From contig JAWBDT010000001.1 in assembly GCA_038821645.1 (NCBI GenBank), positions 81,712 to 145,711 on the forward strand: DNA of 64,000 nucleotides. The letters run 5' to 3'. Positions 31,769-42,439 of this stretch are shown here, piece after piece. Position 1 is the stretch's first letter. Each line of letters starts with the position of its first letter. Made by a program: the position numbers and the translations under genes. The notes under the pieces were generated by a model. That model was not told where the DNA came from, did not search any database, and saw only the letters and a program-made list of their open reading frames with translations. Origin of the DNA: Ignisphaera sp. GTDB lineage: Archaea; Thermoproteota; Thermoprotei_A; Sulfolobales; Ignisphaeraceae.

Positions 31769-32497
31769 TATCCCACTTCATACGCAATGATTTTGTGGAT
31801 AGCTTGTCGAATATTGTACAACTATAATAAATTCTGTGGAAATATATTTATTTGTTCGTCTTCTATTTCTATTACTCTAGCCTGGTAATTTTGGAGTATT
31901 GTTGTTAATTGTTGCTAGATTTCTACTGTATTTCTTCTGTGTGTTAGTCTTTGTATGTCTTAACTATATTGGTGAAGAGATTTAGAGTTACACTCTAGAC
32001 CATAGAGCTATATAGTACATTTAATATAGATGTAGATTATTCGTTTTTTACTGATTTAAGACTTTGTAAGAAGAAGCTTTACCACTCTCCATTATTTGAG
32101 TAACTAAATTATGGCATAAAGTTGTTTACTGCTTATAGTGATTTTTGATACATTATTGAAGCTTGATAATTGATTAAAGTAGATTCAATTAAACTATATA
32201 GTGTAATTCTTTCTGATGATGTTTTTGGGATCTTTTCTCATACTATTATATATATATCTAGAAGCAGAGGCATCTCTAGTATTAAAGCTTCGATAACTCT
32301 ATCAATATCTTCTACAACAGCTATTGATGAATATTGATATGTCTTAACATTATTAACCTTCAGCAAGGATTATCTCTATGGAGAGTACAATGATTCATGA
32401 GATATATTCTTCACTACAGACCTATTGATACATAGCTTCCACATCTATGTTTCACAATCATCAGACTACGAATATATTCAGAACAATTATTCCCACA

Positions 32498-33280
32498 CTA
32501 TATGTTGGCTATACGTAGAGACTTGATATATTTAACAACATTCCTACATATATTAATATTATCTCTACACATAACCTCGAATACTATAAAACCATTGTAT
32601 CTTGTTCTCATTATCCATGTCTCGATCTTATTCCAATCAACTGTACCAGTAGTAGGTGGTTTGTGATGATCTCTATAACCATCATTATCATGGATATGCA
32701 TTACCTTAATATATCTTCCAGCAGTATTCAAAAATTCATCAATATTCTTGTTAATGTTTGCGTGACCAATGTCTAGACATATACCAACATCTCCATCAAG
32801 TACTGAGATAAGCTGTATAAGTTCCTTTGGTCTAGATCCAAATAAATGTTTCTCTATTATGTTCTCTATAGCTATGGCTATACCTCTATCTCTAGCTTCT
32901 CTAACTATATATCTGAAGAACTCTAGATTAAGCTCTAATGCTCGATTTACAGCATAGAGAGGATGAATAACAGCTATTTTTCCATTGATTTTGTTGATAA
33001 AATCTATCCATTTAATAAATCTAGCTAAACCATTGGGCGAAAGAGCTACCTCAGGCTCCATCTCGTCATAAGGTATATGGACAACATCAACACTATTAGA
33101 TATAGTTGAAACATTATCTAGAATTTCATGTATATATCTATCTTCAATAGCTTTACCACCAAAAGCAACAAAGTTGTTGTATGAAACTTCTACACGAAGA
33201 CCATCACTTACCAAAGCTTCTATAGCTCTCTTAGGAGTTAATGAAACATATAGCATTGTTGAATATGTATAGTAGACCAT
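32498..33280 (-). CDS. Sugar-phosphate isomerase/epimerase (xylose-isomerase-like TIM barrel)
   Basis: IAIEN, CLDIGHAN, HIHDNDGYRDHH, FEV. Confidence 0.85.
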   Translation of the reverse strand: MVYYTYSTMLYVSLTPKRAIEALVSDGLRVEVSYNNFVAFGGKAIEDRYIHEILDNVSTISNSVDVVHIPYDEMEPEVALSPNGLARFIKWIDFINKINGKIAVIHPLYAVNRALELNLEFFRYIVREARDRGIAIAIENIIEKHLFGSRPKELIQLISVLDGDVGICLDIGHANINKNIDEFLNTAGRYIKVMHIHDNDGYRDHHKPPTTGTVDWNKIETWIMRTRYNGFIVFEVMCRDNINICRNVVKYIKSLRIANI

Positions 33281-33491
33281 GATCTACTACCCATATATCT
33301 CTTAACCAACTATACTAGAAATTAAAAGGTTTAGAGAAATATAGAACTAGAGATACAGATATCGATATACACAACAAGTATACCTAAATAATTAATTCCA
33401 GATATGTTCAAATGAAACCAGATGCGATATTTCCAGATCAAGAGTAGAGGTCTAGAGTCTAATTTATGGCCATGGTTTACTGTTTTTATTC

Positions 33492-34040
33492 CTAATTATT
33501 TTTAAGAAGATTCTCCCAGAATTCAGCTTCCTGTACTTCTCCTATTACAACAGCCTTCACTTTGCTATTTACTACAATAACAGTCTGTGGTACAGCCATA
33601 GCGTAGTGCTGAGGTACACCGTTTTTTGTCTCGATATCAACTAGCATCATGAAGAGTTCTGCTGCAGTTCTATCAGTATCTATCCAGAAAGCTCTATAGT
33701 TATCTGGATAGTGTTTTTGGAAAAACTCATACATATTGTGGCAATGTGGACATGTAGTTAATCCAAACATCAATATACATGGATTAGGTAGAGCTGTATC
33801 CTGGAACTGAGATAGAGAGACTTCTAGCTCATCAACAACGATCTTTCCAAAAATTCTTGAACCTAGATATAGTGGAACACCTTCGCCATTTCTTGGAGTT
33901 TTGTTAAATGATATAGAGATGATCACTACTGAAATACTTACCAAAATTATCAATACTATTACTACAACATACAGTAGAGAGAGCTTTGGCTTCTCTTTCT
34001 TTTTGATCAATATAGCACCCAACTTATGTCTATAACTCAA
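33492..34040 (-). CDS. Membrane-anchored thioredoxin/glutaredoxin-fold protein
   Basis: Basic N-terminus + TM; CPHC motif; cis-Pro motif AVPQT. Confidence 0.75.
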   Translation of the reverse strand: MSYRHKLGAILIKKKEKPKLSLLYVVVIVLIILVSISVVIISISFNKTPRNGEGVPLYLGSRIFGKIVVDELEVSLSQFQDTALPNPCILMFGLTTCPHCHNMYEFFQKHYPDNYRAFWIDTDRTAAELFMMLVDIETKNGVPQHYAMAVPQTVIVVNSKVKAVVIGEVQEAEFWENLLKNN

Positions 34041-34225
34041 CTACTTAAAATCTTTAATTAAGATCTAGACAGACTACGATGATGTAGAATGATTGAATCT
34101 GTTATTGTGTTCTACATACGGAACACATTAGCTATAAATTCTCGTAGCTGTTCTGTATCTTTGATATATGTTTATAACAGTCTGTAAAGCTTATAGAATT
34201 CAGAGAAATGTGTATGGTGTTATCG

Positions 34226-35392
34226 ATGTATGTAGGGTATCCATCGAGATTTGAGGCATATGGTGCTGTCAAGATCTATGAGCTTAGTAAGGTTCAGGTT
34301 CTTCTTGGTGTAGGCGGTAGCTCTAAACCTGGTTTATATAGTATAGCTAATTTCGATGAATTTATCAAGACTGCTGAATCTACTGCTATAGTTGTTCCAA
34401 CGAGAGATGAGGATCCTATGGTTCTTGAGGGTGTCTTAAGAGCTGTACCTATATATTCGCCGTTAATAGTTGTTTCTGCTTCTACTCAAAAGCCTCTAAA
34501 TGTTTACGGTATGGAGATGGATATAGCTAAGACTCTCTATAGAGTTACAGGAAGACCCATAATAGTTATTCATCAAAGAGATCCCATCTTAGCTGATATA
34601 CTTAAAGACAGTATACCAAATATTATCGATGAAGATGGACTTATTCGTTATGGTAAAGGTGAAGCACTATTGATAGCAACTCTAGTCGCAGATGGTATAG
34701 GTGTAGAGAATATTGGTTTTATTGATGCTGATAACTATATACCTGGAGCTGTAACAGAATACGCATTAATATACTATACCGTCCTCAGGATGTGTGAATC
34801 CGATTACAAAATGGTTAGAGTTTCGTGGGGATATAAGGCATATGGATCTGTGGAATTCTATCTCAGGAAAACTGGTAAAGTTTCTCAAATAGTTAATAGT
34901 GTCTTGAACAAAGTGTTGTCTTTTAGACGTAGAATAGAGACAGAGATAATCAAGACGAGCAATAGCGGTGAACATGCTATGAGTATGAAGCTAGCTAAAG
35001 AACTTACATATGCAGGTGGATATGCTGTAGAGACGCAAGAGCTTGTAAGTATTCTGGAGATGTGCTATATAGATGTAGATACTGGTCACTGTCCTTCTCT
35101 ACCACACAGCATTGAAATCTATCAAGTAGAGTCTAGAAATCCCCATATTCATTCAGAAAAAGGTGAAACACATGTAGTTGAAATGATAATAGATAGTCTA
35201 TCGACGATATATCACTCGAAACTAGGTAATGATAGTAAAACCAGAAGCCATATAATCAATATACTGAGGGAATTAGCATATGAATCAGAACCACCTCTAC
35301 CACAAGTATACAAGTATCCAGATATAAATACTAGAGCTTTTCTAGATAAACTTCTCTCTGAAAGTAGATTGTGTGTAGCATATGGATTATGA
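34226..35392 (+). CDS. mpgS: Mannosyl-3-phosphoglycerate synthase
   Basis: IHQRDP, GKGE, GFIDADNYIPGAV.EY, SNSGEHAM, GYAVE, RNPHIH; GGTG SD before ATG 34226. Confidence 0.92.
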   Translation: MYVGYPSRFEAYGAVKIYELSKVQVLLGVGGSSKPGLYSIANFDEFIKTAESTAIVVPTRDEDPMVLEGVLRAVPIYSPLIVVSASTQKPLNVYGMEMDIAKTLYRVTGRPIIVIHQRDPILADILKDSIPNIIDEDGLIRYGKGEALLIATLVADGIGVENIGFIDADNYIPGAVTEYALIYYTVLRMCESDYKMVRVSWGYKAYGSVEFYLRKTGKVSQIVNSVLNKVLSFRRRIETEIIKTSNSGEHAMSMKLAKELTYAGGYAVETQELVSILEMCYIDVDTGHCPSLPHSIEIYQVESRNPHIHSEKGETHVVEMIIDSLSTIYHSKLGNDSKTRSHIINILRELAYESEPPLPQVYKYPDINTRAFLDKLLSESRLCVAYGL

Positions 35393-35452
35393 AATGTCTT
35401 GTTTTTTAGTCTGTGGATATTGAGAAATAGTTGTTGCTACCCTAAGTGATAA

Positions 35453-35974
35453 ATGGTTATCTGTAGGGATAATGGTTTGGATAAATGTAGTAACATGAAG
35501 GTGCCTGGAGTATATACTCTACTCCTCAATGTTTCTATGGATCTCTGTACTATTGTTGGATCTCTTGGGTATATATGTATTGATAGCGGTATGTATAGCT
35601 ATATAGGTTCTGCTAGAGGTTTTGGAGGTATTGAGGCTAGAGTTAAACGCCATATAGATAAAGACGAGAAAAGACTGTGGTGGCATATAGACTATATAAC
35701 TAGTTTAAAGACGGTAAAGATCGTAGGTATTGTATATGCAGAAACTGTAAGAGATCTAGAGTATATGCTTGCCAACTTTCTAGAGAGATCTAGTTGCTGG
35801 TCTATAGCTGTACCTAGATTCGGTTCAACAGATAAGAGAAGCTCTACACATCTATTTAGATGTTTATGTAGCTTTAGCAAATGTCTAGATGAACTCACGG
35901 AGATGTATATATCAATAGGTCTAAGACCTTGTGTATTACACTTCAATAATCATAATACTAGACCAGAGAGGTAG
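35453..35974 (+). CDS. GIY-YIG (Uri superfamily, DUF123) nuclease-like protein
   Basis: GVYTL, YSYIGSA, RVKRH, WWHIDY, FGSTD..HLF. Confidence 0.85.
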   Translation: MVICRDNGLDKCSNMKVPGVYTLLLNVSMDLCTIVGSLGYICIDSGMYSYIGSARGFGGIEARVKRHIDKDEKRLWWHIDYITSLKTVKIVGIVYAETVRDLEYMLANFLERSSCWSIAVPRFGSTDKRSSTHLFRCLCSFSKCLDELTEMYISIGLRPCVLHFNNHNTRPER

Positions 35975-35999
35975 AGGATGATGCTACCCCAGGCTGTAG

Positions 36000-36800
36000 A
36001 AATATATTGTGATTTCTAGAGATATGGATTGAGTTAGAGCTTCTGGTATTGTGGTTCCATAGACATGGTAGAAGATATGAGTGGAGAAAATACAGAGATT
36101 GGTATAGAGTTCTTGTAACTAAATACATGCTGATTAGAACAAGATCAGAAGCTGTTGAGAAGGTGTAGAGAATTTATTGAGAGTTTTCCTATACTAGAAG
36201 CCTTATGTAAAAGCTGATGTACTGATGTCTAGAGGTTCTTCAAAAAGCTTGGTCTTCTCTTCATGAGCTATAAGTATAGTGTTGATGAGCTACAGAACAC
36301 TATCTTGAAAAACATGACTAGATTTGGATTATCTTCTAACGTTATTGAAGAATTCTATTGAAGAATTTTGTAGAAAACGTATAGTTTTTGATGCTGTGAA
36401 TCCCTATACGTTTTCGTTAGAAGAACTGCTTATGGGTAAACTCGATCTTGTGGATAGCTATAAACCAGATATCCTCGTTATTCATGGTCTAGAGATGCTT
36501 AAACCAATTATAGACGAGAATCCCTATAGATTCTTCAGCCTCTTGGCGAATCTAATCCTCTATTTAAAGAAGATGGGTGTAGTAACGTTCTTAATGTTAT
36601 CTGATTTATCTAAAGAAACAACAAGAATGTTTGCAAAACTTTCCGACACAATTATACGCTTACTCTATATTAAAAAATCCGATGTTATTGTTCCCTACAT
36701 TTACCTGTTTAAGAGAGGGTTAGATCCAAAGATCTACAGAGTTGATGTGGAGAACTATCTTAAGGAATTCTCTAAATCAATCTCTTGTAGCTCTAAATAG
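36000..36800 (+). pseudogene. Decayed KaiC/RecA-superfamily ATPase gene; C-terminal part still open (36324-36800)
   Basis: Upstream out-of-frame LLFMSYKYSVDELQNTILKNMTRFGL joins ..SYKPDILVIHGLE..LSDTIIRL; no intact Walker A; 5' boundary approximate. Confidence 0.55.
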
Positions 36801-37019
36801 TAGAGAGTGAATGTAGAGATTTTTGAAAATCATCGATATGTTGTAATCTATGGATAGATGCAACGACTGTAACAGTGTACCTCGTCTCTATATAGATTCT
36901 GAAGTTTCTAGAATTTTGGAAACTGGTTAATAGGAAACATAGCTGTGTTGCAAAAGTCTGTTATTATCGTTATGGAATCATTAACATGTTTGTGTACTTC
37001 AATACAGAACACATCAGCT

Positions 37020-38186
37020 CTATAGTTTTGAAACTTCTTCACCAGGTTTAAGTACTCTATACGCATTAATGCGTGTATCTGCACCTATTACTGCTCCGAT
37101 TTTAACATATTCTCTTCCTCTTCTAGTGATCTTGAAGCTTCTCGCTATCTTTATTTCTTCTGGGAGTATGTTTAGCGTTATTACTCCAGGCTCTATAACG
37201 CTATTGAATCCTATAACTGAGAAACCTATGTATGATCTACTCCCTATAGTTGTGTTTTTCTGTATAGAGCTCCACACAATCTCTGTATAGGAGCCTATAG
37301 TTGTGTCTCCCTCTATTGAGACATAGCTTCTCACAAGGCTATGGCTGCCCACATATGTTTTCCTACCTATATATACAGGTCCTTTAATGATAGCGTAATG
37401 ATCTATCTCGACATCATCTTCAATGATTACGGGACCTTCAATAACTGCGTTAGGTGATATCTTAGCGTTACTACTTATGGATGATCTATCTATCTGCTGA
37501 AGTATGTATAGAGAAGCTCTTAGTAGATCCCATGGATATTCTACATCTATCCACCATCCACTCCATATACATGGTTTTAGCCTATATCTATTGTTTATAG
37601 TGTTTAAAGCTTCTGTAATATTTCCATAACTCTCTACATATTCTATGAAGTCTTTCGGCAGTATATATGCACCACCAACAACATAGAGACTCTGGTATCC
37701 ATGTATAGGTTTCTCTATAAATCTCTCTATAGATCCTGATTCATCTAGAACTGCTGTACCATAGCTCTCTACATCTTCTTCGGGTATGAGAACAACGCTA
37801 TAGCGGTTTTCGATATATGTGGAGAAGAGTTCTTGATACATATCTCTTGGCGCTATTATATCGCCGTAGAGGAGAACAAAGTCTCTATGAATAGAATCTT
37901 TTGCAGAAATTATTGCTCCCTCTATATCAGGCTTCTTTTGCTGAATAAGCTCTATCTCTAGATATTTACCATATCTAACAGCTATATCCTCAAAATCCTT
38001 TGGATTGTTTATAACCATATATACATGTCTAACACCAATACCAACTAAGTTGTTGAGAACATATTCAACAATATGTTTACCAACAAGACTAAGGAGTGTC
38101 TTAGGTTTACCGCTAGTCAAGATCTTTATTCTTTCCCCAATACCGCCAGCAAGAACTACAACAGGTATGTCTATAGCCATAGACAC
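37020..38186 (-). CDS. NDP-sugar synthase with left-handed beta-helix (GlmU-like bifunctional)
   Basis: LAGGIGER..PK, LYGD, IEKP, WWIDVEYPWDLL, hexapeptide repeats; directly downstream of glmS. Confidence 0.85.
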   Translation of the reverse strand: MSMAIDIPVVVLAGGIGERIKILTSGKPKTLLSLVGKHIVEYVLNNLVGIGVRHVYMVINNPKDFEDIAVRYGKYLEIELIQQKKPDIEGAIISAKDSIHRDFVLLYGDIIAPRDMYQELFSTYIENRYSVVLIPEEDVESYGTAVLDESGSIERFIEKPIHGYQSLYVVGGAYILPKDFIEYVESYGNITEALNTINNRYRLKPCIWSGWWIDVEYPWDLLRASLYILQQIDRSSISSNAKISPNAVIEGPVIIEDDVEIDHYAIIKGPVYIGRKTYVGSHSLVRSYVSIEGDTTIGSYTEIVWSSIQKNTTIGSRSYIGFSVIGFNSVIEPGVITLNILPEEIKIARSFKITRRGREYVKIGAVIGADTRINAYRVLKPGEEVSKL

Positions 38187-38192
38187 ACCGTT

Positions 38193-40037
38193 TTATTCGA
38201 CTGTGACAGTTTTTGCAAGATTCCTAGGTTTATCTGGGTTAAGACCTTTTCCAATAGCTGTATAGTAAGCTATAAGCTGATACGGAATAGTATACACTAT
38301 TGATGCTGTATAAATCGATAACCTGGGTAGCTCGAAAACTATATCAAGTCTCTTTTTAGCTTCTTCATATCCTTTTGGTATCAAGCCTATAGCTAATGCT
38401 TTTCTTGCCTTCATCTCTTCTATATTTCCTAGAATAAGTTCTCTATATTCATCATTAAATACTGTAAAGAAAACAGGAAATCCTTCTTCAATAAGAGCTA
38501 TGGGTCCGTGTTTACTTTCTCCAGCAGGATATGCTTCTGCATGTATGTAGGCTATTTCTTTAAGCTTGAGTGCACCCTCCATAGATATGGGTACACCTAT
38601 ACCTCTACCAAGATAAAAAGCATTTCCATACTCTTTCAATTTCTCGCTAAACTTCTTTATTCGTGGTTCATAGATATTTATAATGTTTCTCGATATCGAT
38701 GGTAATTCAGAAAGTTCTCTCTCGATACTCTCTATTGTCGAGATTGATTCAGATCCCAAAAGCTTAGCCAATTTAACAGCTATAGTTATGAATACTAGAA
38801 GCTGGGATGTAAATGTTTTTGTTGCTGCAACACCTATTTCTGGACCAGCTCTAGTGTATATAGCGATATCAGATTCTCTAGGTATAGCACTCTCGATAAC
38901 ATTAGATATAGCTATAACTCTAGCTCCTCTCTTCTTTGCCTCTCTTACAGCCATTAACGTATCTATTGTTTCACCAGATTGACTAACAGCTACAAGTATA
39001 TCTCCTTCTCTAAAAATCTTCTTAAACCTAATGTATTCAGAAGATATAAAGGTAGTTGTGTTAATTCCGCAAAGAATATTCAACATATATTCTCCTGCTA
39101 AAGCAGCATGAAAAGATGTTCCACATCCAGTTAAAAATACTCTATCTGCATTAATCAATAGTCTAGAAACTTCCTCAACTTCATTAACAATACTGAAGAG
39201 AGTGTTCTTAAGAGCTATGGGTTGCTCATGAATTTCCTTAAGCATGAAATGAGGGTATCCTTCCTTCATAGCCATATCTGGAGTCCAATCTATTACTCTC
39301 ACTCTATTTCTCCAATCTATAGCACCTCTATCAATATTCTCTATATATATATTTGTAGGCGATATATAGCCAAAATCTCCATCATTTAACACAATAATTC
39401 TATTCGTATACCTTAGAAAAGCAGGTATATCACTCGCAATAAAGATAGCTCTATCTCCTACACCTATAACAAGTGGAGATACATTCTTGATGAAGTATAT
39501 TTTGTGAGGATCAATAGAGGTGATAACCAGTAGTGCATATGTCCCTTTGAGAATCTTTACCAATTGTTTAACAGCTTCAAGAACTGTAAAACCATTTCTA
39601 ACGAATTCTTCAACTAGATGGGGAACAACTTCACTATCTGTTTCACTAATGAATATATGTCCCTTCTCAAGTAGCTTCTTTTTTAGTTCACTATAGTTGC
39701 TTATGATTCCGTTATGGACTACAGCTATAGTATTGCTACAGTCTGTATGAGGATGAGCATTAAAATCACTAGGCTCTCCATGTGTAGCCCATCGAGTATG
39801 TCCTATAGCTATAGAACCATCATAATCTATGAAACCCAGCTTCGCCTCAACATCTAGAATCTTTCCTTTACTCTTTCTAACAATAATCCTCCCATTATCA
39901 ACTACTATGGCAAATCCAACTGAATCATAACCTCTATACTCTAGACTGAGAAGAGAATCCCTTATAACTAAACCAAGCTGTTTACCGAAAACTTCAGTGC
40001 CTCGAGAGCTACAAACTATACCGATAATACCGCACAA
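38193..40037 (-). CDS. glmS: Glutamine--fructose-6-phosphate aminotransferase
   Basis: TTG-CGIIGI gives catalytic Cys1 (GGTGA SD), LEYRGYDS, GHTRWATHG, SQSGET, PRNLAKTVTVE. Confidence 0.96.
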   Translation of the reverse strand: MCGIIGIVCSSRGTEVFGKQLGLVIRDSLLSLEYRGYDSVGFAIVVDNGRIIVRKSKGKILDVEAKLGFIDYDGSIAIGHTRWATHGEPSDFNAHPHTDCSNTIAVVHNGIISNYSELKKKLLEKGHIFISETDSEVVPHLVEEFVRNGFTVLEAVKQLVKILKGTYALLVITSIDPHKIYFIKNVSPLVIGVGDRAIFIASDIPAFLRYTNRIIVLNDGDFGYISPTNIYIENIDRGAIDWRNRVRVIDWTPDMAMKEGYPHFMLKEIHEQPIALKNTLFSIVNEVEEVSRLLINADRVFLTGCGTSFHAALAGEYMLNILCGINTTTFISSEYIRFKKIFREGDILVAVSQSGETIDTLMAVREAKKRGARVIAISNVIESAIPRESDIAIYTRAGPEIGVAATKTFTSQLLVFITIAVKLAKLLGSESISTIESIERELSELPSISRNIINIYEPRIKKFSEKLKEYGNAFYLGRGIGVPISMEGALKLKEIAYIHAEAYPAGESKHGPIALIEEGFPVFFTVFNDEYRELILGNIEEMKARKALAIGLIPKGYEEAKKRLDIVFELPRLSIYTASIVYTIPYQLIAYYTAIGKGLNPDKPRNLAKTVTVE

Positions 40038-40203
40038 GTTCTTCACCAATGCATTACAACACATTAGCTATACCATAGTTAAGAATACACACAATAATAT
40101 ACTTACATTAACCATAGCTTAACCTATCTTGATCTACACGATATTGCTACATAAAGTTTTATACCCCTCTAGTGCACCTTTCATATGTATCTGGTGCATA
40201 TTA

Positions 40204-41364
40204 ATGAAGCTCGATAAACACAATAATTTGATTAAACTCACAGTTATAGTGCTACTTATAGCAATATCAATATTGACAGTAGTGTTTATAGCTAGATATT
40301 TTGCTGTAGGTACAGCTAAAGAGAGGCTTGAAGAAAACTATATATCTATCGTAGATTTTGTTGGAAGAAACGTAACCATTAAAACAAGTATCAGTAGGAT
40401 TGTAGCCATAGGTCCTGGAGTACTTAGACTTGTGGCTTATCTAAATGCCGTAGATCTTGTTGTAGGTGTTGAAGAAGCCGAGCATCAGTGGAGTAGGATT
40501 GGAAGAGATTATGCTATGGCTTATGGAGATATATTTATTAATCTACCTGTAGTAGGTCCAGGAGGTCCTCGGAGTCCTCCAGACCCAGAGAAAATAAGAG
40601 CTGTTAAACCCGACTTGGTTCTCATGTCTAGAGCATATGTGGAGCTATATAATCCTGATAGACTTACTGAAGAAGTTGGTGCACCAGTTGTTGTGATAGA
40701 TTATGGTGAAGCAGGTTACCTAGATATAGATGCCTTCAAATCTACCCTAAGGTTTTTGGGTAAAATACTCAATAGAGAGGATAGAGCTAAAGAGTTGTGT
40801 AGCTATATAGATCAAATAGTTATCGATTTAAGGAACAGAGTTATCGGTATAATGCCTAAACCAACTGTTTATGTAGGTGCAGTATCCTATAAAGGTAGAC
40901 AACCATTTACATCATCCCAAATAGCATTCCCACCTCTAACACTCATAGATACACCATCTATAGTTGATTCCCTGGACAATAGACGTGGCTTTATATCTCT
41001 AGACTTTGAATACATACTGCAGAAGCAACCCGATGTAGTCTTCATAGATCTAAATAATCTCGATGTTGTGTTAAACGATTTCAATAAAGATCGCCAGAAG
41101 TTCTGTAGCTTGAATGCATTTAAGAATGGAAGGGTGTACTCTATACTTCCATACAATTATTACCACACTAATGTAGCTACAGCATTAGCTGATGCGTACT
41201 ACATTGGTAAGACTCTGTATCCCGAGAGATTTAGTGATATAGATCCTGAGCAAAAAGCTGATGAAATCTACAAAACTTTTCTAGGCAAAGAGATTTACAG
41301 AATGTTTTTAGAAGGTTTTGGGAGAGGCTTTAGCAATCTTAGTGATCTGTTTAAATGTAGTTAA
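40204..41364 (+). CDS. Iron/cobalamin-type chelate ABC transporter substrate-binding protein
   Basis: N-terminal TM, DFVGRNV, RIVAIGPG, PDPEKI, A.KNGRVY. Confidence 0.85.
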   Translation: MKLDKHNNLIKLTVIVLLIAISILTVVFIARYFAVGTAKERLEENYISIVDFVGRNVTIKTSISRIVAIGPGVLRLVAYLNAVDLVVGVEEAEHQWSRIGRDYAMAYGDIFINLPVVGPGGPRSPPDPEKIRAVKPDLVLMSRAYVELYNPDRLTEEVGAPVVVIDYGEAGYLDIDAFKSTLRFLGKILNREDRAKELCSYIDQIVIDLRNRVIGIMPKPTVYVGAVSYKGRQPFTSSQIAFPPLTLIDTPSIVDSLDNRRGFISLDFEYILQKQPDVVFIDLNNLDVVLNDFNKDRQKFCSLNAFKNGRVYSILPYNYYHTNVATALADAYYIGKTLYPERFSDIDPEQKADEIYKTFLGKEIYRMFLEGFGRGFSNLSDLFKCS

Positions 41365-41376
41365 TAAAGGTATGAA

Positions 41377-42439
41377 TATGGCTCTAGAAATAAGTACAAA
41401 ACTTTTTTCGTATAGATCTTTGATTATTTTAGTGCTTTTCATACTTCTACTCATACTCATACCCATAGCTTCTTCGATAGGTCTATATCGTGTAACCTTT
41501 CTAGATGTTGTGAGAGTTTCTTTAGGTCATAAGCTACCAGAAGATGAATATATAGCTCTTTGGCTACGTATGCGTAGAACTTTTGTAGGTATTATCGTAG
41601 GTGCTCTTTTAGCTGGTGGAGGTGTAGTTTCGCAAGCTGTTTTCAAAAATCCTCTAGCTTCGCCATTCACATTAGGGATTTCTCATGCAGCTGCTCTAGG
41701 TGTAGCAGTATCTCTTACGATAGGTTATGGAGGTAGATTCTATACATGGTTTACCGCTATATCGAATCCCTATATACTTCCATTTTCAGCCTTTATATTT
41801 GCTTCAATACAGAGTATCTTAGTGCTCTTTCTAGCCTATAGAGCTGGTCTATCACCTTACGCTTTAGTTCTATCGTCTATAGCCATGTCGTTTATATATC
41901 AATCTATCTTAGCCATTCTACAGTACTTAGTTCTAAATGAGCTTCAAATAGCCACAATAGTTTTCTGGATGTTTGGTGATCTAAGTAGAGTAGGAAACTT
42001 AGAGCTACTGATATTAGCTGTAGGCTTTATACCCATAACTCTATTATACATGTTTATGCATCTAGATCTAGACCTGATCTCTCTTAGTGATGAAGTTGCA
42101 TATGCTTCAGGCACTAACCCTAAGAGGCTAAGATTCATTGCTATGCTTATAGCTGCATTAGGTACAGCTTTCGCTATATCTTTTGTAGGCATACTGGCTT
42201 TTTTATGTCTAGTTGCTCCACATATAGCTAGATCTATTATAGGTAATTCGCATAGATATCTCATACCATCTTCAATGCTCATAGGTTCTATACTTGCTGT
42301 AGGAGCAGATATAGTTTCTAGAGTTGTTCTCTTTCCACGAACTCTCCCTATAGGTATTGTGCTTTCATTCATAGGAACACCTCTACTGATATTCTTACTG
42401 TTTAGAGGTGGTGGATATAGCTATCATAAAGGTTATTGA
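41377..42439 (+). CDS. FecCD/BtuC-type ABC permease
   Basis: QAVFKNPLASPFTLGIS, FVGILAFLCLVAPHIAR, LPIG; start approximate. Confidence 0.9.

Noticed and set aside
35453-35974. GIY-YIG gene as a mobile homing endonuclease
   Set aside because: Matches the short chromosomal DUF123 type; no intron or intein context
40038-40064. ORF-track N-terminal extension of glmS (MCCNALVKN)
   Set aside because: GlmS needs the CGI Cys at the N-terminus; TTG 40037 has a GGTGA SD
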